From Mycobacterium leprae TN (GTDB lineage: Bacteria; Actinomycetota; Actinomycetes; Mycobacteriales; Mycobacteriaceae), in NCBI RefSeq assembly GCF_000195855.1, contig NC_002677.1:180001-212000 (forward strand): a stretch of DNA of 32,000 nt. Reading direction: 5' to 3'. The position numbers and the translations under genes are program-made. The first letter of the stretch is position 1, and every line of letters begins with the position of its first letter. Of the stretch, positions 12,013 to 23,878 are shown one piece after another. A model generated the notes under the pieces. That model was not told the origin of the DNA. It was given only the letters and a program-made list of their open reading frames with translations, and made no database searches.

Positions 12013-13752
12013 CTAAGCATCTAGGCGGTCGAACTGATCCTGTCGATACCGTTCGACACATGTCGATCGTCTGACTTTGCCGCTTGTGGTAATCGGGATC
12101 GAGCCAGGCGCTACCAGGACTACATCTGAGACGCTTAGTCCGTGTGAATTTGATAAAGCCGAGATGACTTCACGTTTGATAGCGCCTAGTCGGTCCATCG
12201 CATACTGGTCTGCGTCACCCAGCTTCTTGAGCTCGATTATGGCAACTAGTTTTTCGGTGTTGCGGTCAGGAACCGATATTGCCGCGCAGCGGCCTCGGGT
12301 GATTTCCTGGATCGTCCCCTCAATATCGTCCGGGGAATGGTTGCGGCCGTACACGATTAGCAGATCCTTTATACGGCCAATGATGAACATCTTGCCGTCG
12401 ATTACGAAGCCCGAGTCTCCCGTTCTCAACCAAGGACCTTCGGGTGTTCCTCTCGAAGGGGCGGCAATCTTTCCGCCGAACGTGCGCTCACTCTCGTCAG
12501 GTTTTTGCCAATAGCCGTCAGCGACGTTGTCACCGTGTACCCAAATCTCACCGACGGTTCCATCTTGACATTGTATGCAGGTGTCCGAGTCGACAATCCG
12601 TACGATCGGTGACGGCGGCAAAACGTAGCTGATCAACGATGTACCGTTGCCACTTGTGCAAGTCTTGGCCTGGCCGGTGGACAAACTCTCAGCATCGAAG
12701 TCAACGAGTTCCGCGGGCTGGCCCGATCTGCTGGTTGCTACGTACACTGTTGCTTCTGCGAGCCCGTATGAAGGCCGAACCGCTTTTTCCTTCAAATTGA
12801 AACGAGCAAAACGGTTGTTGAAGCGCTTAATCGTCGCGGGTTGTACTCGTTCGCTACCATTCAGGATAATGTGTATATTACCTAGGTCGACCCCGATCAT
12901 ATCGTCGTCCGATATCTTCTTTGTCGCCAGTTCAAAGGCGAAGTTCGGTGCCGCCGAAAAGACTGGAAACTCACTGGCTAACATGTGCATCCACCGGGCT
13001 GGGCGCTGTAGGAACGACACTGGACTGGTGAGTACTGCCGGACATCCCCCTAAAATCGGTACGCAAACTCCCAGTATCAGACCCATGTCGTGGTAGAACG
13101 GTAGCCACGATACGCTCATCCCACCCACCGGGAAGACCCCGTCAGTGTCCGCCAAGTAGGTCGACATCAGCTGTTCGAAATTGGCCCGAAGGTTGTGATG
13201 CGATATCATCACTCCCGCGGGAGTGCGAGTCGACCCTGAAGTGTATTGCAAATAGGCGGTGGATAGGTGGTCGCCGTTACCGTCGCCGGACCCGTTCGGC
13301 GAGTCAAGATCTAGCAAATCAACTTCAATGATTGATGGCGTAGATTCATCAGGACGCTGCGTAACGTGATGCACAACATCGTCCACGGCGGGCGATGTTG
13401 TGAGGATGGCCACAGGCGATGAATCGTTGAGCACTGACTCGAAACGTTCATCCGTGACGCCGCCCTGTGGCACCGACAGGGGAACAGCGATACGCCCGGC
13501 TTGCAATGCGCCGAGAAAAGCGACAACGTAGTCGAGTCCTTGTGGAGCGGAGATGGCGACCCGATCACCCGTTGAACCACAACGGTTCAATTCTTGTGCC
13601 ACGTTCAGCGTTCGTCGGTACAGCTGCGACCACGTCAAGGTTATCTTGACACCGTCCCAGTCCTGTTCGTAATCCATAAACGTGAAGACCGGGTCGTTCG
13701 GTTGTAGACGTGCGCACGTGCGCAGCACGGCGGGGATGGAACGCACACTCAT
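12013..13752 (-). CDS. fadD28: Fatty acyl-AMP ligase FadD28 (activates the fatty acid primers used by Mas)
   Basis: 579-aa ORF. The N-terminus '[35 protein letters not shown]...' and the motif '[15 protein letters not shown]' match my recollection of Rv2941 almost residue for residue. It is divergent from mas, as in the known locus. Confidence 0.93.
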   Translation of the reverse strand: MSVRSIPAVLRTCARLQPNDPVFTFMDYEQDWDGVKITLTWSQLYRRTLNVAQELNRCGSTGDRVAISAPQGLDYVVAFLGALQAGRIAVPLSVPQGGVTDERFESVLNDSSPVAILTTSPAVDDVVHHVTQRPDESTPSIIEVDLLDLDSPNGSGDGNGDHLSTAYLQYTSGSTRTPAGVMISHHNLRANFEQLMSTYLADTDGVFPVGGMSVSWLPFYHDMGLILGVCVPILGGCPAVLTSPVSFLQRPARWMHMLASEFPVFSAAPNFAFELATKKISDDDMIGVDLGNIHIILNGSERVQPATIKRFNNRFARFNLKEKAVRPSYGLAEATVYVATSRSGQPAELVDFDAESLSTGQAKTCTSGNGTSLISYVLPPSPIVRIVDSDTCIQCQDGTVGEIWVHGDNVADGYWQKPDESERTFGGKIAAPSRGTPEGPWLRTGDSGFVIDGKMFIIGRIKDLLIVYGRNHSPDDIEGTIQEITRGRCAAISVPDRNTEKLVAIIELKKLGDADQYAMDRLGAIKREVISALSNSHGLSVSDVVLVAPGSIPITTSGKVRRSTCVERYRQDQFDRLDA

Positions 13753-14220
13753 GGCGATAACGTTACTGGACTAGATTCTGACGTCGGCGCAAGTTGCCGA
13801 ATAACTTCACGTGCCGGCTCAACAGTGTCGGCGAAATCACATTTTGGCCAGATCATGTAGTGATTACAGTCCCACCAAACAAATTCTACGGTGGCGCCCC
13901 ATCGGTCGGACGGCGTCGGTACGAACGGATTACCTTTTGGGTGGCGGTGTCATGACGGCCTTGGCCTGAGCGGCGGTAACTGACGTCGTTAGCCCGGCTC
14001 GGCATGCGACCTCGGCCAGATGTAAGAAATCGTGCTACTGTTCCACAGTCTCCCCCCATGAGGCGTCTAAGCTGCGGTTCTACACCTGCCAACTGTGGCG
14101 AGATCCGGGTCAGCGCGGTGTGTGAAGCTCTGCGCTGTGGCGTCGCTGGCGTTGCCCGCGTGAAAAATTCGGTGATGTCGCCGGGTCACCCCGGTTGAGC
14201 TGAGACGAGGTTAATAGGCG
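13753..14220. promoter_or_regulatory. Divergent fadD28 / mas intergenic control region (the promoters themselves are not mapped)
   Basis: A 468-nt non-coding gap lies between two divergently oriented intact genes. A 'gaggt' sits about 12 nt before the mas ATG. I cannot pinpoint any -10/-35 element by eye. Confidence 0.35.
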
Positions 14221-17200
14221 ATGGAAACAAGTGTCACTCCTATTGCGGTTATCGGGATGGGATGTCGGCTTCCCGGGGGTATCAATTCGCCAGACAAGCT
14301 ATGGGAGTCGTTGTTGCGTGGTGACAACCTGGTCACCGAGGTTCCACCTGACCGCTGGGACGTTGATGATTTTTATGATCCTGAGCCCGGGGTTCCTGGG
14401 CGTTCGGTGTCGAGGTGGGGTGGGTTCCTCGACGACGTCGCTGGCTTTGATGCCGAGTTCTTTGGCATCAGCGAGCGGGAGGCAACTTCGATCGATCCTC
14501 AGCAGCGATTGTTGTTGGAAACCTCGTGGGAAGCGATCGAGCAGGGCGGTCTGGATCCGGCGTCGTTGGCCGGCTCTTCGACAGCCGTTTTCACTGGGTT
14601 GACCCACGAGGATTACCTCGTACTTACCACCGCGGCGGGCGGTTTGGCTAGCCCGTACGTGGTAACCGGCCTTAACAACAGTGTGGCGTCTGGGAGGATC
14701 TCTCACACACTGGGCCTGCACGGTCCGGCTATGACGTTTGACACCGCGTGTTCTTCGGGTCTAATGGCGGTTCACTTGGCCTGCCGCAGCCTGCATGACG
14801 GCGAGAGCGACCTCGCTTTAGCGGGTGGCTGCGCAGTGCTGCTGGAACCGCACGCAAGTGTAGCGGCATCCGCTCAAGGCATGCTTTCGTCGACTGGTCG
14901 GTGTAAATCATTCGCCGCCGACGCGGACGGATTTGTGCGTTCCGAAGGCTGCGCGATGGTGTTGCTTAAGCGACTGCCGGATGCTTTGCGCGATGGTAAC
15001 CGGATCTTCGCCATGATTCTTGGCACGGCTACCAACCAGGACGGTGGCACGGAGACACTCATGATGCCATCCGAGGATGCTCAGGTCGCTGTGTACCAGG
15101 CGGCATTGGCGGTGGCGGGTGTAGAGCCCGAAACTATCGGTGTGGTGGAGGCGCACGGCACCGGCACACCAATCGGTGACCCGATTGAGTACCGCAGCCT
15201 GGCGCGGGTTTATGGTGCGGGCACTCCCTGTGCGCTTGGCTCGGCCAAGAGCAATATGGGGCACAGCACAGCATCGGCTGGGACTGTCGGGCTGATCAAG
15301 GCTATCCTATCGCTTAGGAACGGGCTGGTGCCTCCGCTGTTGCATTTCGATCGACTGTCCGATGATCTTACCGAGATCGAGACGGGACTCTTTGTGCCAC
15401 AGGAGGTTACTCCATGGCCAGTCGGCGGATATAACACCCCGAAGCGAGTCGCAGTGTCCTCATTTGGGATGTCGGGAACCAACGTGCACGTTATCGTAGA
15501 AGAGGCCCCATCGGAAGCTTGCGCGCCCGATGTACCTGAGACTTCGCCGGGGACGGGAGATGCTACGGTGGGGCGGCAGCTGTTCATGCTGTCGTCCACG
15601 TCCATCGCCGCACTGCGGGAAACCGCGCGACAGCTTGCCACGTGGGTGGAAGAACACCAGGACTCCGTGGTGCTGTCGGATTTGGCGTACACGCTGGCGC
15701 GGGGCCGTGCGCACCGGCCAGTGCGCACGGCGGTGGTTGCTGCGGACCTGCCCGAGCTTGTCGAAGGTTTGTGCGAGATTGCCGACGGTGACGCCCTATA
15801 TGACGCCGTGGTGGGACATGGTGATCGGGGACCGGTTTGGGTTTTCTCCGGGCAAGGGTCGCAGTGGGCGTCGATGGGAGTGCAATTGCTGGCGAACGAG
15901 CCAGTATTCGCGGCCACCATTACCAAGCTGGAGCCGGTGATCGCCGCAGAGTCGAGCTTCTCGGTGACCGAGGCGATTACGGCGCCGGAGACGGTGACCG
16001 GGATCGACAAGGTTCAGCCGTCGGTGTTCGCCGTGCAGGTCGCATTGGCTACCACCATGGAGCAAACCTATGGTGTACGCCCGGGTGCGGTCATCGGACA
16101 CTCGATGGGGGAGTCGGCCGCAGCCGTGGTTGCCGGGGCGCTGTCGCTTGAAGACGCGGCGCGCGTTATCTGTCGCCGCTCGAAGCTGATGAATCGCGTT
16201 GCCGGTAGCGGAGCTATGGGGTCAGTGGAATTGCCTGCTAAGCAAGTTAATTCAGAGCTCATGGCCCGCGGCATCGACGATGTCGTGATCTCGGTGGTGG
16301 CTTCACCGCAGTCCACGGTGATCGGCGGTGCCACTGAAACTGTGCGTGACCTGATTGCGCAGTGGGAGCAGCGTGACGTGATGGCGCGTGAAGTGGCTGT
16401 CGATGTAGCGTCGCACTCGTCTCAAGTCGATCCGATACTCGACGATTTAGCTGCGGCACTGGCCGACATAGCCCCGATGACACCGAAGGTTCCCTACTAC
16501 TCAGCGACTCTGTTCGACCCGCGTGAGCTGCCGGTGTGCAACGGCGCTTACTGGGTGGACAACCTGCGAAACACTGTGCAGTTCGCCGCCGCGGTGCAGG
16601 CCGCGATGGAGGACGGCTACCGGGTCTTTGCTGAGCTGTCACCACACCCGCTGCTGACCCACGCCGTAGAGCAGACTGCCCGAAACCTTGATATGTCGGT
16701 TGCCGCCCTGGCCGGTATGCGGCGCGAGCAGTCGATGCCGTACGGGCTGCGCGGCTTGCTGGCCGATCTGCACAGCGCGGGCGCCGCGTTGGACTTTGCG
16801 GCATTGTATCCTGCGGGCCGGTTGCTGGATGCGCCTTTGCCGGTGTGGACTCACCCTCGTTTGTTCATCGACACCGACGGGCAAGAACAGCGGGCGCAAG
16901 GTGCCTGTACAGTTACCGTGCATCCGTTGCTGGGTTCGCATGTGCGGCTGCTTGAGGAACCTGAGCGCCACATTTGGCAGGGCGACGTCGGTACTGCGGC
17001 GCTGTCCTGGCTTGCCGACCATCAGGTGCATAACGTCGCCGCTCTCCCCGGCGCTGCCTATTGTGAAATGGCGTTAGCTGCGGCCGTGGAGGTCTTCGGC
17101 GAAGCGGCCGAAGTCCGTGCTATCGCTTTTGAGCAGATGCTGTTGCTTGCCGCCGAGACCCCGATTGACGCTATTGCGTCGGTGGATGCGCCTGGTGTTA

Positions 17201-20200
17201 TCAACTTCGTGGTGCAGGCAAACCAGGACGGTGAAAAGATGCGTAACGCCACCGCAACGCTGCACGCTGCCGAGGATGACTGTCCACCACCGGCATATGA
17301 CATCGCTGCCCTGTTGGAGGCGCATCCGAATAGTGTGAATGGGACCGACCTGCGGGAATCGTTCGCCGAGCGTGGTGTTCAACTAGGTGCTGCATTCGCC
17401 GGCTTGGCCACTGCGCACACTGCCGAGGCGGAATCCGGCACCGTGCTGGCAGAAGTCGCGTTGCCTGCTTCGATTCGCTTCCAGCAGAGCTCCTATCAAA
17501 TCCACCCGGCGTTGCTAGACGCTTGTTTCCAATCCGTCGGCGCCGGCGTCGACGCCACTAAGGTCGGCAGCAGGGCCGGCCTGTTGTTGCCGTTGGGTGT
17601 GCGCAGCCTGCGTGTCTACAGGCCTACCCGCAATGCCCGTTATTGTTACACGCGGTTGACCAAGATCGAACCCAGAGGCGGTGAGGCCGACCTCGATGTG
17701 CTGGACGAGCACGGGGCGGTTTTGCTGGCTGTGCGTGGGCTACACATGGGAACTGGGACCACCGAACGCGGGGAGCTCGACCGCCAGCTCAGCGAGCGGC
17801 TGTTGACCATCGGATGGCAGCAGCGGACGCTGCCTGAGTCAGTCCATGTCGAGCCGGGATCTTGGCTGTTGATCGACACTTTCAACGCCTCTGCAATCCC
17901 CGACATGTGGGCTTCTACGTTGACGGATGCGCTGAAATCCTACGGTACCCAAGGCACCGAATGCACCAACCTGTCTTGGTTGATACAGGATGATCCCGTG
18001 GTTAGCCGCGAAAGGCTTGGCCGCCAGCTGCGTGGCCGCGATGGTGTGGTGATTCTCTGTGGGCCGCGTGCCGGTGCCCCTGATGAGCAAAGTCTGTTGG
18101 CTGCCCGCGAACAAGTACGTCATCTGGTTCGAATCATCCGGGAGTTGGCTGAATTAGAGGGTGAACTGCCGCGTTTGTTTGTTGTGACCAGGCAAGCTCA
18201 GATAGTTCAGTCGGGGGATGCGGCCAACTTGGAGCAGGCCGGTCTGCGTGGTCTGCTGCGGGTGATCAGCAGTGAACATCCGATGCTGCGCACCACTCTG
18301 GTCGACGTGGATGAGCACACCGACGTTGAACGGGTGGCCCAGCAACTGCTGAGTGGGTCGGAAGAGGATGAGACTGCCTGGCGGAATGGCGACTGGTACG
18401 TGGCGCGGCTGAACCCCAGTCCGTTGAGCCATGAAGATCGGCGAACAGTGGTGTTGAACCCCGAGCACGACGGGTTGCGGGTGCACGTTCGCAAGCCGGG
18501 TGACTTGCAATCTCTGGAACTTGTTGCCAGTGACCGAGTTCCGCCTGGCCCCGGACAGCTCGAGGTCGCGGTCAGTATGTCCAGCATCAACTTCGCTGAC
18601 GTTCTCATCGCGTTCGGCCGATTCCCTATCATCGACGACCGCGACCCGCAGTTGGGTATGGACTTCGTGGGTGTGGTGACTGCGGTCGGGGAGGGCGTGA
18701 CCGGCCATCAGATTGGTGACCGTGTTGGCGGTTTTTCTGAAGGCGGCTGTTGGCGGACGTTCCTAACGTGTGACGCCAACCTTGCCGTCACGCTTCCGTC
18801 TGGCTTGACTGATGAGCAGGCGATCACGGCTGCCACCGCGCATGCTACCGCTTGGTATGGGTTGAATGACCTGGCCGGGATTAAGGTCGGTGACAAGGTG
18901 TTGATTCACTCCGCGACCGGCGGTGTGGGGCAAGCGGCCATTTCTATTGCCCGTGCAAAGGGTGCGGAAATTTTCGCGACCGCCGGCAACCCGACCAAGC
19001 GAGCGATGCTGCACGACCTGGGCATCGAGCATGTCTACGACTCGCGCAGTGTCGAATTTGCCGAGCAAATCCGGCGCGACACCGATGGGTACGGCGTGGA
19101 TATCGTGCTGAACTCATTGACCGGTGCCGCACAACGCGCCGGGTTGGAGCTATTGACCTTCGGCGGCCGGTTCGTCGAAATCGGTAAGGCCGATGTTTAC
19201 GGCAACACCCGGCTGGGTCTCTTCCCGTTTCGTCGCGGTCTGACATTTTACTACTTGGACCTCGCGCTGATGTCCGTCACCCAGCCCGACCGGGTCCGCG
19301 AGTTACTCGCCACGGTATTCAATCTCACCGCTGACGGTGTCCTGACCGCACCGGAGTGCACTCATTATCCGCTGACCGATGCGGCCAATGCCATCCGGGC
19401 AATGAGCAACGCTGAGCACACCGGCAAACTTGTGCTCGACATACCGCGAACCGGTAGTAGAAGTGTGGCGGTGCCACCGGAACAGGCGCCTGTCTACCGC
19501 CGCGATGGCTCTTACATTATCACCGGTGGTTTGGGTGGTCTCGGCTTATTCTTCGCCTCCAAGCTGGCCGAGGCCGGCTGCGGCCGGATCGTGCTGACCG
19601 CGCGTTCGCAGCCCAACCCCAAAGCCCGGCAGACCATTGAGCGTCTCTGTGCCGCCGGCGCCGACATCGTGGTGGAGTGTGGTAACATCGCTGAACCCTA
19701 TACCGCGGACCGGTTGGTGAACGCGGCGACCGCTACCGGGCTTCCACTGCGTGGGGTCCTGCATTCGGCGGCGGTGGTCGAGGACGCCACGCTGACCAAC
19801 ATCACTGACGAGCTTATCGACCGCGACTGGTCGCCCAAAGTTTACGGATCGTGGAATTTACACTGCGCGACGATCGGGCAGCCGTTGGACTGGTTCTGCT
19901 TATTCTCCTCGGGAGCAGCTCTTCTGGGCTCGCCAGGTCAGGGTGCCTACGCGGCGGCCAACAGCTGGGTCGATCTCTTCGCCCATTGGCGCCGCGCCCA
20001 GGGCCTGCCGGTCAGTGCGATTGCGTGGGGTGCGTGGGGAGAGGTTGGCCGCGCTACGTTCTTGGCCGAAGGGGGGGAAATCATGATCACCCCCGATGAA
20101 GGTGCGTATGCCTTTGAGATGCTGGTGCGCTATGATCGGCCCTACAGCGGTTATATTCCTATCCTGGGGGCGCCATGGTTGCCGGACCTTGTCCGACGCA

Positions 20201-20571
20201 GCCCGTGGGCTGAAATGTTCTCATCCGCTGGGCAGGGGTCAAGGGGTCCAAGTAAATTCCGCATGGAGCTGCTTGCGCTACCGCAAGATGAATGGTCCGG
20301 ACGGTTGCGGCGTCTGCTAGTCGAGCAGGCTAGTGTGATTCTGCGTCGCACGATCGACGCGGACCGCTCCTTCATTGAATATGGCCTGGACTCGCTGGGC
20401 ATGCTCGAGATGCGTACCCACATTGAATCTGAGACCGGAATACGGCTGACCCCCAAAGTCATCGCTACAAACAACACTGCACGCGCCTTGGCTCAGTACT
20501 TAGCGGACACGCTGGCTGAGGAGGAGGGGGTGGCAGCACCGGCCGCTATGGTGTCACCGGAGACACCCTGA
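14221..20571 (+). CDS. mas: Mycocerosic acid synthase (iterative type I PKS/FAS: KS-AT-DH-ER-KR-ACP, no thioesterase)
   Basis: Uninterrupted 2116-aa ORF. KS 'DTACSSG' has Cys codon 177 at nt 14749-14751. AT 'GHSMGE' has Ser codon 628 at nt 16102-16104. DH '[11 protein letters not shown]' has His codon 934 at nt 17020-17022. ER '[11 protein letters not shown]' lies at about nt 18905-18945 and KR 'GGLGGLG' at about nt 19520-19550. ACP 'YGLDSLG' has Ser codon 2058 at nt 20392-20394. It is collinear with my recollection of Rv2940c. Confidence 0.95.
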   Translation: METSVTPIAVIGMGCRLPGGINSPDKLWESLLRGDNLVTEVPPDRWDVDDFYDPEPGVPGRSVSRWGGFLDDVAGFDAEFFGISEREATSIDPQQRLLLETSWEAIEQGGLDPASLAGSSTAVFTGLTHEDYLVLTTAAGGLASPYVVTGLNNSVASGRISHTLGLHGPAMTFDTACSSGLMAVHLACRSLHDGESDLALAGGCAVLLEPHASVAASAQGMLSSTGRCKSFAADADGFVRSEGCAMVLLKRLPDALRDGNRIFAMILGTATNQDGGTETLMMPSEDAQVAVYQAALAVAGVEPETIGVVEAHGTGTPIGDPIEYRSLARVYGAGTPCALGSAKSNMGHSTASAGTVGLIKAILSLRNGLVPPLLHFDRLSDDLTEIETGLFVPQEVTPWPVGGYNTPKRVAVSSFGMSGTNVHVIVEEAPSEACAPDVPETSPGTGDATVGRQLFMLSSTSIAALRETARQLATWVEEHQDSVVLSDLAYTLARGRAHRPVRTAVVAADLPELVEGLCEIADGDALYDAVVGHGDRGPVWVFSGQGSQWASMGVQLLANEPVFAATITKLEPVIAAESSFSVTEAITAPETVTGIDKVQPSVFAVQVALATTMEQTYGVRPGAVIGHSMGESAAAVVAGALSLEDAARVICRRSKLMNRVAGSGAMGSVELPAKQVNSELMARGIDDVVISVVASPQSTVIGGATETVRDLIAQWEQRDVMAREVAVDVASHSSQVDPILDDLAAALADIAPMTPKVPYYSATLFDPRELPVCNGAYWVDNLRNTVQFAAAVQAAMEDGYRVFAELSPHPLLTHAVEQTARNLDMSVAALAGMRREQSMPYGLRGLLADLHSAGAALDFAALYPAGRLLDAPLPVWTHPRLFIDTDGQEQRAQGACTVTVHPLLGSHVRLLEEPERHIWQGDVGTAALSWLADHQVHNVAALPGAAYCEMALAAAVEVFGEAAEVRAIAFEQMLLLAAETPIDAIASVDAPGVINFVVQANQDGEKMRNATATLHAAEDDCPPPAYDIAALLEAHPNSVNGTDLRESFAERGVQLGAAFAGLATAHTAEAESGTVLAEVALPASIRFQQSSYQIHPALLDACFQSVGAGVDATKVGSRAGLLLPLGVRSLRVYRPTRNARYCYTRLTKIEPRGGEADLDVLDEHGAVLLAVRGLHMGTGTTERGELDRQLSERLLTIGWQQRTLPESVHVEPGSWLLIDTFNASAIPDMWASTLTDALKSYGTQGTECTNLSWLIQDDPVVSRERLGRQLRGRDGVVILCGPRAGAPDEQSLLAAREQVRHLVRIIRELAELEGELPRLFVVTRQAQIVQSGDAANLEQAGLRGLLRVISSEHPMLRTTLVDVDEHTDVERVAQQLLSGSEEDETAWRNGDWYVARLNPSPLSHEDRRTVVLNPEHDGLRVHVRKPGDLQSLELVASDRVPPGPGQLEVAVSMSSINFADVLIAFGRFPIIDDRDPQLGMDFVGVVTAVGEGVTGHQIGDRVGGFSEGGCWRTFLTCDANLAVTLPSGLTDEQAITAATAHATAWYGLNDLAGIKVGDKVLIHSATGGVGQAAISIARAKGAEIFATAGNPTKRAMLHDLGIEHVYDSRSVEFAEQIRRDTDGYGVDIVLNSLTGAAQRAGLELLTFGGRFVEIGKADVYGNTRLGLFPFRRGLTFYYLDLALMSVTQPDRVRELLATVFNLTADGVLTAPECTHYPLTDAANAIRAMSNAEHTGKLVLDIPRTGSRSVAVPPEQAPVYRRDGSYIITGGLGGLGLFFASKLAEAGCGRIVLTARSQPNPKARQTIERLCAAGADIVVECGNIAEPYTADRLVNAATATGLPLRGVLHSAAVVEDATLTNITDELIDRDWSPKVYGSWNLHCATIGQPLDWFCLFSSGAALLGSPGQGAYAAANSWVDLFAHWRRAQGLPVSAIAWGAWGEVGRATFLAEGGEIMITPDEGAYAFEMLVRYDRPYSGYIPILGAPWLPDLVRRSPWAEMFSSAGQGSRGPSKFRMELLALPQDEWSGRLRRLLVEQASVILRRTIDADRSFIEYGLDSLGMLEMRTHIESETGIRLTPKVIATNNTARALAQYLADTLAEEEGVAAPAAMVSPETP

Positions 20572-22789
20572 TGGGCGGATTGTCCAACACTGCAAGGTGT
20601 TTTGCGGATCGATAACGGGTCAGTTTGAATCCAGGGAGAGAGCGAACCACTGTGCTGGGGTGATTTGTTTGCTGTAATCTACCAGATGTCTTTCGTTGCA
20701 TGCAGTTCCTGCAACGGATTAAGCAGGGCCGGTGCTGCCCACTAACTCCGTTCCCTCAACTGTTTGCTACCCACATCACATGGCAGTTTTTTGCAATTTG
20801 GTCGTGCCAAAATCTATGACCAAAGTGGAACGTATAAGCTGCTCAATGGCAGGGATTCTCTCGCTGGTCCACAGCGAGACGGTTAATGGTCCACATCCAC
20901 ACGATCTTCGGTGAAGTGACCGTCCCTGTCTCGCAGTGGTCTCCAAGATCTACCTTGCACCGTTTGGTGGGATCCGGTCTGCTAAACTCGACCATCCTTA
21001 GTATTGACCTGCGGCATGATCCATCGGCCTTCCTGCGTAGCTCGGTCCGCCACCCCGCTCAACGACAGTTGATGCGTTTGGCTTTAGCAGACCACATCTG
21101 CCAGGCCGAGTAGTTCCCGCGGCTATCAGCGACACCACGAAAAGTTTAGCCCGAGTGCGTTGCGGCGCACGTAAGCTTTTAGAGGTGCCGGGTCAGCCTC
21201 TGGCTCCGTCACTGACCTGAATGAACCAACTTTGTATCTAGCTCGGTTCGCCGATTCGCCACCACCAGGCTGGCATTGGCCGATGTTAAACAGACCAGCA
21301 AGCATCTCGGAGTGACCATAAATTACGGTATCTTGTCTATGTCGACCAGTGTGCTTGCGTGTATTGCTCTTGCGCTACGACGGCAAGGCAAATTCCCGCT
21401 GCTTGCGATTGCCCCGGATTAACCTCGATTCGTCACAGGAGCGGATTTCTGGGAGTTAGTTCGTATTTTGTCCGTAGCGTTGCTCGTGTACATCGAAGAC
21501 CCGCAGGAAGCGGATACGGTGTTTCCTGGTTATGGCCGTCACGGCGGCCAAGCAGCTTCATCGGGGCTCAGAGGACCAAGGCTAGTCCAACTGCTGGTTG
21601 GTCTATATCTCGCCCGTGTCCGCGGAAACTTTTCTTTGGTTGGCATCGATCCGCAAAGTCTTGAACAAGATGTTCAACCTGGTCATTACGACCGTTGCTG
21701 TCCCTTTACTACGGTGTGGCCGGTTCGGTGGCGAAACTTATTCGGTGGGGTCATTGGGCTGCTCACTATGACTGCGTGCAGCTATGTTGATCAGCTCGAT
21801 CTCTCGATACTGACCGACGTTACTATCGTCCAGGACCCGCATGAAATGTGAACGTGGAATTCATCTAAATTCGTAGGAGAGAAGCCTTTTCCAAGAGGTT
21901 TACAGTCATGTGATCTCGATGTTGCCAGGGTCAGTTGCTGCAAGCACTGCGCTGCCGAATTGGTGCGTCGAGGAACACATCACCCCGCGGGAGCTGGTGG
22001 TAGTTTCCGCAGCAGACGCAGAAGCCGCGTCAAGTCCGGGGGTATTAATCTGACGGAGGGCAGCAGTTTTGCCAATGCGTCTGCTGCCTGCGTGGGTTGC
22101 TGCGGCCATCGCGCGGTTTGAGTATTTCGTGTGGTGGCTGCTCTCTTCAGGTTCCTGTCTCCGCGCGAGTACAGCGCAGTATTTGTTGTCGCCTGATGCG
22201 CCGAGCCCGTGCACGCTCATTCGCTATCCTCACCGACTTCGTCGCGTGCTATCCGGATGCTGTCGATAGAACTGGGCAAGTTGTCCGCTGACCACGACCA
22301 GACCAATCAACTCGCTGACCTGTCCATGGGCGTGTAAACGAAGCCCCGGCTTGTTCCGTGACTGGTTGGCCGCGGAGCCTCTGGTACGTGCCTCGGTGTG
22401 TGGATCATCTTCATGTACGGATCGACAGGCACGTTGAAGAGGGAGTAGCCGCCACGCATCCCAGTGCCGCCGCGGTTGCCGACGCTGAGGTGCAGATGTT
22501 CTTGCAAGACAATCCGATTAGTCCGGGTGCTGGCCGGGCTGTCAATGACTTTGAGACGCATTGTGAGAGGAGGTGTGGTTGTCCTGGCGCAACAAGCCCC
22601 TGCTTGGTACCCGCGTAACGATCGTTAGTGCGCAGCGGTATGGACCATGCTCCATGGTTGGTGTATTAGTCCGTGCATTGGAGGCTGTTACCGGCGTGTC
22701 GGGACGTAACCCGAACCCGGTTTGCGTGAGGGCTATCACCAGGTGTGCGGCCGCGTCGGGTGGTGACTGTGGGTGACTGAGCGACTTGT
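20572..22789. other. Decayed tract with no assignable gene (short ORFs in all six frames)
   Basis: The longest ORF is 127 codons (21468-21851 +). I recognise no conserved motif with confidence. The tract begins immediately after the mas stop, at the point where the known PGL/PDIM synteny ends. Confidence 0.5.
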
Positions 22790-23878
22790 GGACGCCGCGC
22801 GCAATTATTATCTTTTCCCCGTTGTATGCTGACGATGTTGTGATTGCGGTGCCTCTATGCTCAGGTTGGCCACAGCACCGAGATCTTCACGGTTTTGCTG
22901 ACCTCCAAGTTAATTGTGACCGAGTATGGGTGTGTTCTTGGTCATGCCTTTCCCTGGTGGCGTCCTATGAGCTTGCCGGTGGCTGAGATATACGAAGGCC
23001 AAGGTCGGTCGGCGGGCGTTTCTCGGTGGCCGAGGCTATTACCCAGCCGGACCGCTGCGTCCCCGAGGACGGATTTGGTTGCGGTGCTATCCGTGACGCT
23101 TCCTAAAGCCAAGCATGGTTCGTCGTGGTTGGGCGGTCCTCCGCCTTGGGCTGTGTCGGTGCTCCGCCGCAATTGATCGAGAAACAATAATAAAACCATC
23201 TATGACCCGCTGACGGGGTTGAAGGTGATGCGCGTCGTAGTGGAAACGTGTCTCCTGCTGGCCGGTATTCATAACGGTCGCGATCAGGCTAGCCGGTGCT
23301 TGGGCGCACTGCAGGAGCCGGCAAGAGCGTTAGGCATCCTGTTGGCTGCGCCCGGCTGATGCTACTAGTAGTCGCCGGCGTTGTCACCGTTGCTGCTAAA
23401 TTGGCTTTTGGCCTCCCGGCTCAGAGCCAGTGCATTTCCGCTGGGGTCGTCGTTCGTATGCCATAACGAATTCGCCGAGACGTTCGTCGAAATCGTCTCC
23501 GCGCCATGGTTCGTGCGCGGCCACCGGCGCGCCGGTAATCACTCTACTGTTTACGTGGTGGTTACGTGCGCTAGGTACCAACGTCAGGAGCGGTGCGTGG
23601 TGTGGGAACTTATTGGCGTCTGAGGCGGACTTGATCACGCTCGGCAAGGGCTCCACCGTCAACCGCGGCTGTGTGATGCGGCCACATCTTTTTTTGCAAA
23701 AAAACCAGGCGTGGAACCTCCATCGTAAGAAATTCAGCGGCAAAAACGTGCCCGCCAACGGCGTGCCGGACGTCCTCGCGTGACAGCTTCCGCCAAGTCG
23801 ATCAAGACCGGTTCCGAAGAAATCTGTCTCCGTGATTATCGACCCATACCCGCCGAAAATGGCAAAACTGGATACTAG
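22790..23878 (+). pseudogene. Relic of a hexapeptide-repeat (left-handed beta-helix) membrane protein resembling the C-terminal tandem domains of Pls/PosA-type single-module NRPS-like synthetases
   Basis: Family-typical strings are spread over all three + frames. 'SLVASYELAGG' is followed in another frame by 'WLRYTKAKVGRRAFLGG', then in a third frame by 'DLVAVLSVTLPKAKHGSSWLGGPP' (22950-23150). Further downstream come 'LLLNWLLASRLRASAFPLGSSFVCHNEFAETFVEIVSAPWF' (frame of ORF 23381), then 'WWLRALGTNVRSGAWCGNLLASEADLITLGKGSTVNRGCVMRPHLF' (frame of ORF 23430), then 'IPAENGKTGY*' ending at 23876-23878. The family assignment comes from remembered consensus motifs (PLWSSFVWRNE, WLRALGAxIG, EADLVxLGxGATVNRGC, GSSWLGSPP), not from a search. 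Confidence 0.45.
23689..23704. repeat. Perfect T7-GC-A7 palindrome / double homopolymer
   Basis: Read directly from the sequence: 'tttttttgcaaaaaaa'. It lies inside the hexapeptide-repeat relic, where the family motif after 'HLF' would continue. Confidence 0.95.

Noticed and set aside
15210-16010. A 266-codon antisense ORF inside mas, with others at 16259-16804 and 18154-18708.
   Set aside because: They are antisense shadows of an intact, motif-verified gene and show no recognisable domains.
20572-20720. Small hairpins after the mas stop ('aacac-tgcaag-gtgtt' followed by tt, and 'gttgca...tgcaac' around 20693-20715), considered as possible intrinsic terminators.
   Set aside because: The stems are only 5-6 bp, have low GC and lack a proper U-tract, so they are not distinguishable from background.
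21468-21851. The longest ORF (127 codons, + strand) in the tract directly downstream of mas, considered as a possible small novel gene.
   Set aside because: It has no motif, no convincing RBS context, and overlapping ORFs in other frames and strands of similar length. It is indistinguishable from random ORFs in decayed GC-rich DNA.
21906-22561. Minus-strand ORFs with good GC3 bias ('MRLKVIDSPAS...LSVGNRGGTGMRGGYSLFNVPVDPYMKM...', then 'LPSSIDSIRIARDEVGEDSE', 'KYCAVLARRQEPEES'). They could be the C-terminal third of a glutamine-synthetase-family (glnA3/glnA4-like) pseudogene, with NRxxxR and NPYL-like strings.
   Set aside because: The resemblance rests on a few short, degenerate strings and needs several assumed deletions. 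I also considered proline racemase and amidohydrolase starts and could not discriminate among them. A tblastn or HMM search is needed before any call.
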